Below, one piece after another: positions 1 to 7,582 of a stretch of DNA of 11,205 bases. Position numbers and translations under genes: made by a program. The stretch is from positions 1 through 11,205 of the forward strand of contig NW_021827043.1 in the NCBI RefSeq assembly GCF_006345805.1. Direction: 5' to 3'. Numbering within the stretch: the first letter of the stretch is position 1; every line of letters begins with the position of its first letter. The stretch comes from Octopus sinensis. Its lineage: Eukaryota. Under the pieces are notes generated by a model. That model was not told the origin of the DNA, searched no databases, and saw nothing but the letters and a program-made list of their open reading frames with translations.

Positions 1-180
1 GAGTAATTAACATAATGACAAGCAGAATTATTATCAGATCAGAAATATTATATTCAAGTTTTCTTCATGACAGACTCCTTCGTTTCCTCCTTATTTTTTA
101 CATCATTCTTTTCTTCAGCTCCGACATTTTCTCCCACTTCTCTTATTGTTGTTTTAATGTTGTTGCTGTTGTTGTTGCTT

Positions 181-242
181 ATCATCATCATCAGCATCAT
201 CATCATCATCATATTCTTCTTCTTCTTCTTCCTCTTCTTCTT

Positions 243-281
<39 letters not shown>

Positions 282-313
282 ATAATAATAATAATAATAA
301 TAATACTAATACA

Positions 314-366
<53 letters not shown>

Positions 367-392
367 ACAACAACTGCTGCTGCTGCTGCTTC
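181..392. repeat. Compound trinucleotide microsatellite (CAT)n-(CTT)n-(CTA)n-(TAA)n-(CTA)n-(CTG)n
   Basis: Consecutive triplet runs read directly; they explain the poly-H/L/I/Y/S ORFs in the track. Confidence 0.97.
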
Positions 393-679
393 ATCGTTGT
401 TTCCTTTTTCGGCCTATTCTTCATCATCAACTTTTTCTTATGTTAGTCATCTTCTTCATAATAAGATCTCGATATGTCATCCAATGTCATTTCCACAAAC
501 TAAATGTCTCTCTTATCTTCTTTATTTACCCTCATTCTTATACAATTCATATTGTCTTGCAATTTATGTTTGCCTGTGTGTAATAAAGTGGGAATATATT
601 TGTTGCCTGGAAGTGAGTGTGTGCGTTTATACATCAGGGTTTGATAATGTATATATAGGTGGATGTGTGTATGTACACA

Positions 680-700
680 GACACACACACACACACATAA

Positions 701-760
<60 letters not shown>
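680..760. repeat. (CA)n followed by (TA)n microsatellite
   Basis: Direct reading; the TA run abuts the tandem HHR element. Confidence 0.97.
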
Positions 761-762
<2 letters not shown>

Positions 763-1048
763 ATTTCAACAATTGAGGGTAAAATTAATTAATTATTAAT
801 CAATTCACCAAGTATTCAGTATGTAAAGGGACCATTTAAGGCGAATTCAAATTATTACATTATATAAAAGGGCTTAGTAAAATAAATTACTTTGCCACAT
901 ACTGAACCCATTAGAAATAGTAGCTAAAAAAAACTTTTTTAAAACTATTTCTAATACTTAAAGAAAATCTCTCTCAAATAGTGTTTGCTCAACTCAACTC
1001 ACGAAAGTATGGGGGTAAAGACATTAAAAATCAAATGCAAAGGTTATT

Positions 1049-1100
1049 TGAGAACGTACGTTTCAAGATTAGTCAACTCGACATTTCTATCATCAGCTCA
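1049..1100 (-). ncRNA. Type I hammerhead ribozyme motif, copy 1
   Basis: Minus strand reads UGAG-CUGAUGA-UAGAAAUGUCGAGUUGACUAAUCUU-GAAAC-GUAC-GUU-CUCA. Stem I UGAG/CUCA; both core motifs intact; stem III has a palindromic GUAC loop; GUU cleavage triplet. Stem II is imperfect (U.U base, AGA/UCU, GUC/GAC). Confidence 0.8.
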
Positions 1101-1606
1101 GAACTCCTTGGTTTGGATTTGAAAACACTGAAAGTGGGAGCATACCCTTCGGCTTCTTATCGCTTCTGAAGATCTGCTCGAAACTAACAGTGCCAGCAAA
1201 CCCAAAAAATGCAAGCGAAGAATTTCTGCTCTCCCCTTTCCACCAGCGTGGGTTAAAATCAGTAAACACTATGCTTTTTCGGTAAAATCCGAAGCATTAA
1301 ATAGAGAGAGATGAATTATAATTTCAACAATTGAGGGTAAAATTAATTAATATTAATCAATTTCACCAAGTAATCAGTATGTAAAGGGACCATTTAAGGC
1401 GAATTCAAATATTACATTATATAAAAGGGCTTAGTAAAATAAATTACTTTGCCACATACTGAACTCATTAGAAATAGTAGCTAAAAAAAACTTTTTTAAA
1501 ACTATTTCTAATACTTAAAGAAAATCTCTCTCAAATAGTGTTTGCTCAACTCAACTCACGAAAGTATGGGGGTAAAGACATTAAAAAATAAAATGCAAAG
1601 GTTATT

Positions 1607-1658
1607 TGAGAACGTACGTTTCAAGATTAGTCAACTCGACATTTCTATCATCAGCTCA
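1607..1658 (-). ncRNA. Type I hammerhead ribozyme motif, copy 2
   Basis: Identical 52-nt sequence to 1049-1100, offset by exactly 558 bp. Confidence 0.8.
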
Positions 1659-2061
1659 GAACTCATTGGTTTGGATTTGAAAACACTGAAAGTGGGAGCA
1701 TACCCTTTCGGCTTCTTATCGCTTCTGAAGATCTGCTCGAAACTAACAGTGCCAGCAAACCCATGCTTCGGATTTTACCGAAAAAGCATAGTGTTTACTG
1801 ATTTTAACCCACGCTGGTGGAAAGGGGAGAGCAGAAATTCTTCGCTTGCATTTTTTGGTTTTTTTTTATTTTTTAATGTCTTTACCCCCATACTTTCGTG
1901 AGTTGAGTTGAGCAAACACTATTTGAGAGAGATTTTCTTTAAGTATTAGAAATAGTTTTAAAAAAGTTTTTTTTAGCTACTATTTCTAATGAGTTCAGTA
2001 TGTGGCAAAGTAATTTATTTTACTAAGCCCTTTTATATAATATATATATATATATATATTC

Positions 2062-2590
2062 TTGTATCTAGGAATGGTCATATTGTCAGTTTTGCCAATA
2101 AAAACTCACGCACTATATATTTGGTGTTACTTTGATTCATCTTTATTTATTTTTGAGGTTAATCTTAATCTTCTTTCGAACGTATATAAACAGGAGATAC
2201 AAATATTACAGGCACTCCCTCCCATAGACACACACACTTTAACTAAATATAGACACATATTGAGGTATACTCAGGCGCAAATTAAGACATATCCGATAGA
2301 AATACAAAATACAAAATGGCTGACCGTTAGTAAGAAGAGACACACAAATATAAATGAAGGAAGCAATAAACCACTGATGAGGTCACAGGAGCGTGACGAA
2401 AGAACTCTGGCCGAAATAAGAGTAAGATTAATGTAAAAAATAAATAACGCTGAAGGAAAGTAACACCAAATATATAGTGCGTGTGTTTTTTATTGGCTAA
2501 ACTGGCAATATGACCATTCCGAAATAATACAACAAATATCTGTTTCAACACACGATTTCACATCAAAATTCTTGCAAAACAAATACATAA
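2062..2590 (+). mobile_element. Hammerhead-containing repeat with inverted arms (Penelope-type non-autonomous fragment)
   Basis: 2062-2178 is an inverted copy of 2412-2532 (outer part near-identical, inner 50 bp 40/50). An HHR lies at 2371-2410, just inside the right arm. Left end abuts (TA)n; right boundary is approximate. Confidence 0.65.
2371..2410 (+). ncRNA. Minimal type I hammerhead ribozyme motif
   Basis: CCA-CUGAUGA-G-GUCAC-AGGAGC-GUGAC-GAAA-GAAC-UC-UGG. 3-bp stem I, perfect 5-bp stem II after one extra G, very short stem III, CUC triplet. Resembles the minimal HHRs known from Penelope-like elements. Confidence 0.65.
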
Positions 2591-2843
2591 ACGTGTATAT
2601 ATACATATATGTTTGCGTTTGTTTGATGTGTGACTATAGTTTTTGTATTTATATTCCTTTATTCCCACTTGTTTCCCCATTCTGATATTCCACGTTATTT
2701 TTCTTGTCTTAATATATCTTCTTTTCCTGCATTTATCGTCTTCTTCACAACTTTTTCTCTACATTCATCTTGTTCATCATTTTCTGGTTCTTCTGCTTTT
2801 AATTTTTTCAACTGATTTCTCCTCTCTTCATGAATCATTTTCG

Positions 2844-2981
2844 CTTCTTCTTCTTCTTCTTCTTCTTCTTCTTCTTCTTCTTCTTCTTCTTCTTCTTCTT
2901 CTTCTTCTTCTTCTTCTCTTCTTCTTCTTCTTCTTCTTCTTTTTCTTCTTCTTCTTCTTCTTTTTCTTCTTCGTCTTCTTC
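2844..2981. repeat. (CTT)n microsatellite, degenerate at the 3' end
   Basis: Direct reading. Confidence 0.97.
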
Positions 2982-3069
2982 TATTTTTCTATATCTATAA
3001 TTCTATGATTTATTTTCCTTCACCTTCTTCGTTATTCTTATCAATTTCTAATTTTTCATCACATCTTTC

Positions 3070-3121
3070 ATCATCATTATGGTCATCATCTTCATCATCG
3101 TCATCATCATCATCATCGTCG

Positions 3122-3193
<72 letters not shown>

Positions 3194-3205
3194 GTATCAT
3201 CTTCA
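3070..3205. repeat. (CAT)n microsatellite with CGT interruptions
   Basis: Direct reading. Confidence 0.97.
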
Positions 3206-3630
3206 GCGCTATCATGTTCATAGTCCTTCTGCTAATCATATTTTCGTATTCACTAATCGTTATAATTTATCATGTCATCATAACTATTTCCTTCCCTCAT
3301 TTACTCTGCTATTTCTAGCATGCAGAATCATCATCACCTTCGTTATGAACATCGTAATAATCAACGTCTTCATCACCAATTACTCGGTAGCGTTTGTCAT
3401 CCTTTTCGATAATAATCATCATCATTATCCCCCTTTTCCTTCTCACCGTCATTATTACAACATTTACAATCAACATCGCAATCCTCCTTCTCATCATCAT
3501 CAACATCATCGCGGCCATTTTCTCCTTCACCGTCCTCTTTTTATTAATATGATTCTAAAAATACAAGATTTAATATTTTATAAGAAATCTTGTTAATACT
3601 TTTTCTTTTGAACTGTGTTTTATTTTTCAG

Positions 3631-3702
3631 ATATCTCCATAAGAATAAGATCACAACCATCCCACAAGGAGTCTTTCAAAATCTTCCAAGGTTAGGGAAA
3701 AT
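3631..3702 (+). CDS. Internal 72-bp exon encoding one leucine-rich repeat of a host LRR protein
   Basis: Acceptor ttttatttttcag| and donor |gtaagt. Exactly 72 nt, phase 2-2. Translates (x)YLHKNKITTIPQGVFQNLPRLGK(I/M), matching the typical LRR LxxNxIxxIPxxxFxxLxxL. The gene cannot be named from one repeat. Confidence 0.85.
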
Positions 3703-4123
3703 GTAAGTTGCTAAAGTTTTTTGATATTATTTTATTTACAAAATTTTTCTAGGAACTTGATGTCTTCTCATCTTCCTTTTTCTCTCTCTATCTCTAACTA
3801 ATGTTCTGCTACTATTTTCATGCAAGACTGTGTATGAAGGTGTCTATGAAATGTTTGTGTCTCTATGTGTCTCCATAAATGTCTAACATTTTGTGTATGA
3901 ATGTACGATTGCACGTGAATATCTATGTTTGTATTTGTGTCTATAGGTGGGTATATTATGAAATATATATTTATGCAGAGTTATACTCACTTCAAGAGAA
4001 GAAAGTATAGAAATATATTCATCCTCACTCGTTTGAGATACTGGTTCAATAATATGAGTTATTTTAAACTCTACAATTACATGACGTGCTGAAATTGGTA
4101 GTCGTCATTTTTTATTTGTACAG

Positions 4124-4253
4124 TGAGCTACAGCTGGGGCAATTTGGTCAAACTGTCCAGGGTGATGGCTGCATATACCGTTTCAATTTCTTTAGGAAGG
4201 ATGTTAATGTAGCTAGTCGTCCACAACATAAAACAACGTTTGGCGTGTCCCAC
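4124..4253 (+). CDS. Candidate next exon of the host gene
   Basis: Acceptor ttttttatttgtacag| and donor |gtatgt. 130 nt, open only in the phase compatible with the LRR exon (ELQLGQFGQTVQGDGCIYRFNFFRKDVNVASRPQHKTTFGVSH). GC is higher than the flanks; no domain recognised. Confidence 0.4.
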
Positions 4254-4409
4254 GTATGTTTGTGTCTGTTTGTATGTCTGATAATTTTACTTATGTTGAT
4301 ATATTTTTATTATCATTTCTATCCTCATTCGCAAATTTTCTTGTTATTGTTTTGTTTGTTCATCTTGTATGTTTTCCTGCTATTTATATTACTTTTTATT
4401 CATCATGAT

Positions 4410-4698
4410 ATTGGTTCACTTAGATAGCAAGATGTCAAGTTGTATCTTGAAACATCTACACCCACTCCTCAGATGTGTTGGCAGGGCGTTAACTATCTGT
4501 GAGCACTTGAACTCCAAACTATTGCAGTACATTCTCCTAATATTAAATGAGAGAGCCGGGATTTTAGGAACAGTGCAGTGACGTCCAATTCGAGGTCTGG
4601 TATAATTCTGAATTCCAAAGTTTGATACCAGCTTCCCTAGTAACTTCCACACATATCACTACATACCTCTCCGGTTTTCGCTCCATGGACTAGAGTCC
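4410..4698 (-). mobile_element. Decayed 3' fragment of a CR1/L2-group LINE ORF2
   Basis: Minus strand reads L*SMERKPERYVV/YVWKLLGKLVSNFGIQ..RIGRHCTVPKIP..MYCNSLEFKCSQIVNALPTHLR..FKIQLDILLS. This resembles the post-RT C-terminal signature (YSLERRRERY..WK; N.LP; FK..LD) of CR1-group LINEs. One stop and one frameshift near 4652. Confidence 0.7.
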
Positions 4699-4708
4699 TA
4701 GCTCATTC

Positions 4709-4784
4709 ATATATTATATAATATATATATATATATTATATATATATATATATATATAATATGAATATATATATTATATATATA
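4709..4784. repeat. (TA)n microsatellite
   Basis: Direct reading. Confidence 0.95.
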
Positions 4785-5026
4785 CATATGTGTGCGAGTT
4801 TCGTGTGTGACTTAGTCTCTATGTTTGTACTCACTACTTCTTCACAACCTATGTTAGTGCTTTTTATTATTCCTCGTCAGTCACCGATTTCGCATAAGCG
4901 GCCGACAGGGTAAGTACCAGGGTTTAAAAGAATAGTTAGTGGTCTCGATTCGTTTGAGTTACATACTTCAAGGTGATTCTCCTGCTGCAAAGCAGTAGAC
5001 TTACTGAGACAAGTAAAAGAGGAAAG
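4781..5026 (+). mobile_element. SINE-like interspersed repeat, copy 1
   Basis: 4781-4999 is near-identical to the reverse complement of 7344-7563. The 3' part (taagtaccag...ttcaaggtg...ctgagacaagtaaaaga) resembles octopus SINE tails as I recall them. No tRNA head is visible. Confidence 0.65.
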
Positions 5027-5043
5027 GGAGGCACACACACATG

Positions 5044-5075
5044 TACATACATACATACATACATACATACATACA

Positions 5076-5109
<34 letters not shown>

Positions 5110-5151
5110 CATACATACATACATACATACATACATACATACATACATACA

Positions 5152-5185
<34 letters not shown>

Positions 5186-5186
5186 C
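5044..5186. repeat. (CATA)n tetranucleotide microsatellite
   Basis: Direct reading. Confidence 0.98.
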
Positions 5187-5429
5187 AAAGCTGATGAGGA
5201 ATAAGCGAATGGTTTCAACGACATTCTTTATTCCATATCCCTGCAATTGTGTCTATACATCACTCCCGTAGTTCATTGATAAGATGATATGGTTAATATC
5301 TTGTGTGATCACTGCCATTCATCAAAGGTGGAACATGTGTCTGTGAAAAGATAGTATGATCTAACGTAGAACTTATTGAAATACACAAATAAAAGCATAT
5401 TTTACACCTACGATAGATGGTAAGGATTG

Positions 5430-5751
5430 GGCTGAGACCCCCCGTCGGTCATGACTGACCGTGGGATTGCACCTAAAAAGTTACCCTCCCAGGCACAAGT
5501 CAGGGCAAGTTTGTTTATGGAAGACCAGCAGTCACCCATGCATAGCGGCCTCCCCTCTCTATCTAAGGGAAAGGCAAAGGGCTGATACAACTTGGAACCT
5601 GTGACTTCGCAACTCATTTCTATAGCTGAGTGAACTGGAGCAACGCGAAATAAAGTGTCTTGCTCAAGAACACAACACCCAGCCTGGTCCGGGATTCAAA
5701 CACACAACCTCACCATTGTAAGCTCCACGTTCTAACCACAGAGCCATGCGC
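5430..5751 (-). mobile_element. tRNA-derived SINE
   Basis: Minus-strand A-box-like TGGCTCTGTGG (5746-5736) and B-box-like GTTTGAATCC (5701-5692), followed by a GTTGTGTTCTTGAGCAAGACACTT body typical of metazoan SINE central domains. Confidence 0.8.
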
Positions 5752-6672
5752 TATATATTAATTATATCATCTGAACAATATACAATGGTAGTGTTATAGA
5801 ATAAAGAATATCATTTAATTCATTCTCGCTTATTCACCTCTGTTTAAACACTAAACATAAAAAGGAAAAAGAAATAAGTTTTCCACAATAAAAACCGAGA
5901 TGCAACAGACATAATTCAAAAATCTTTAGTACCAGTCTTCAACGCGGGTTTCGAAATAGCAAATCCAAATCGCCATACAATAACACCATATAAACACCAG
6001 TTGCTGATGTCACATAAATCATTGAAATTTTACATCTGATCAGAACCGAACGCTTTAAGAGAATCAACCAACTGGAATGGCTGATGACCGTCCCCCACAG
6101 GGACGTCAATCAGGTAGGACCACAACCTTGCCCACCAGAAAACTTAGACGTCACCTGTAATTTAATGAATCAAATATCAGAATGGTTCACGGAAAAAATT
6201 GTAAACACATCCAATTCCAAATAACGCCGTTACAAGCAAAAGTCCTTGCACACGACGGAAAATGATTCACAGAGACTGTGCTCAAAGATTTCCCTTTTTC
6301 CGCTATCTCAATTTCTCCCTTGTTTCTCTCCTTCTTTACCCTGTATGGCCGAAACTCTGATGATCCACATTTCTTATCGATCTTTTGAATTTTATGCTGT
6401 TAAACAAGACGTTCCACATCTTTTATATTATTGAATGTTATGAATATTTAAATCATATTTCATATTACTGAGACTTGTAAACATTGAAACATATTGTTTC
6501 TCGTTCATTATTTTAAATTTTTACCATTGATAAACCAGAATTATTGTTGAAACCAGTTTGGTATATATGTAAATAAAAAAAAATTCAAAATTTTTATTAA
6601 AAAAATATAAATTTAGGTGCATCGTGAACAACACATTTTTATATAGTTTTCCTCCTCATATATACATTCTTT

Positions 6673-6692
6673 TATATATATATATATATATA

Positions 6693-6747
<55 letters not shown>

Positions 6748-6795
6748 TATACATATATATATACATATATATATATATACATATATATATACATA
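6673..6795. repeat. (TA)n microsatellite
   Basis: Direct reading. Confidence 0.95.
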
Positions 6796-7343
6796 TTAGA
6801 GATAAAACCACTATTAGGCAAATCAAACAGTGAAAAACATAAGCCAATACATAAAATTAATTTAAAATATGAAAGTTAAAAATTAAAAAATTATTTAAAT
6901 AATTTAAACTTATCAATTTAAATATATATATATATGTAAATATATCTTTATTTATATTATTTATTTATTTTTTATTTATTTATTTATTTAATTTTTTTGT
7001 TGTTTTTTTATTTTATTTTATTTTTATTTTTTTTTTAATTTTGTAAATATCAAAAGTATTAAAAGATAGAGTAAAACACTACGATCGTTTCATGGCTGTA
7101 CCAATTCGAATAACAATAATTTAATTTCAATTAATAATTCGAGTTATGGTTACACTCAATCTTCATGTTAATTGAAATATTTTAAAAATAATCAGAAATA
7201 TTTAAACATTTTTTTAAAGATATAAATAATATAAATATCGGTACGTAAATATGCCATTTGAATATGGCTAACCCCTAAGGGTGGATGCTACTGTAGTTTT
7301 TAGCCCCAGGAAGACATCTCCTCCAGCTGGCTATAGACTCACT
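6796..7343 (-). mobile_element. AT-rich repeat carrying a degenerate hammerhead (Penelope pLTR-like fragment)
   Basis: Contains the HHR-like motif at 7075-7169, ends against (TA)n, and joins the SINE-like copy at 7344. Confidence 0.5.
7075..7169 (-). ncRNA. Degenerate type I hammerhead motif with long stem II
   Basis: AACA-(C missing)UGAAGA-[long imperfect hairpin: UGUA/UACA, CCA/UGG, UCGAAU/AUUCGA]-GAAAC-GAUC-GUA-GUGUU. Palindromic loop III and AACA/UGUU stem I, but C3 of the core is absent. Confidence 0.55.
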
Positions 7344-7563
7344 TCTACTGCTTTGCAGCAGGAGAATCACCTTGAAGTATGTAACTCAAACGAATCGAGA
7401 CCACTAACTATTCTTTTAAACCCTAGTACTTACCCTGTCGGCCGCTTATGCGAAATCGCTGACTGACGAGGAATAATAAAAAGCACTAACATAGGTTGTG
7501 AAGAAGTAGTGAGTACAAACATAGAGACTAAGTCACACACAGAAACTCGCACACATATGTATA
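7344..7563 (-). mobile_element. SINE-like interspersed repeat, copy 2 (tail-truncated)
   Basis: Reverse complement of 4781-4999 with about 3 differences. Confidence 0.7.
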
Positions 7564-7582
7564 TTATATAATTATATATATA

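Larger units (their letters stand above)
759..2041 (-). mobile_element. Non-autonomous hammerhead-containing tandem element (Penelope pLTR-like / retrozyme-like) with inverted end
   Basis: Unit A (759-1316, 558 bp) is followed by partial unit A' (1317-1762), with ~10 differences over ~446 bp. Then 1763-1858 is the reverse complement of 1202-1297, and 1864-2041 is the reverse complement of 1416-1593. One HHR per unit, no credible ORF, (TA)n on both flanks. Confidence 0.8.

Noticed and set aside
80-118. Minus-strand CTGAAGA...GAAAC
   Set aside because: The intervening purine-rich sequence cannot form stem II.
15-792. Poly-L/I/Y/S/H and VCVC ORFs, and similar ORFs at 2630-3596, 4877-5271 and 6656-6847
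   Set aside because: Stop-free frames produced by microsatellites; no protein signal.
1166-1192. Plus-strand CTGAAGA-TCTGCTC-GAAAC (would make the unit ambisense, viroid-like)
   Set aside because: Stem II cannot form, the triplet would be GUG (not NUH), and there is no stem I.
981-1901. ORFs 981-1169 and 1542-1901 with shared peptides
   Set aside because: They are antisense to the HHR in the tandem unit, have non-ATG starts, and differ by a frameshift between copies.
2062-2532. Classical MITE interpretation of the inverted arms
   Set aside because: No TSD is evident, arm identity is uneven, and the inner arm ends at an HHR; Penelope-type inversion is preferred but not proven.
5044-5186. 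Regularly repeated array resembling CRISPR
   Set aside because: Simple (CATA)n with no spacers, in eukaryotic context.
5890-6085. Weakly coding-looking stretch (TDIIQKSLVPVFNAGFEIANPNRH...)
   Set aside because: Interrupted by stops, no recognised motif and no clear splice sites.
6796-7563. Interpretation as the inverted pLTR of the adjacent Penelope element
   Set aside because: No visible similarity to that element's own 3' region (10116-10650), and its HHR is of a different type.
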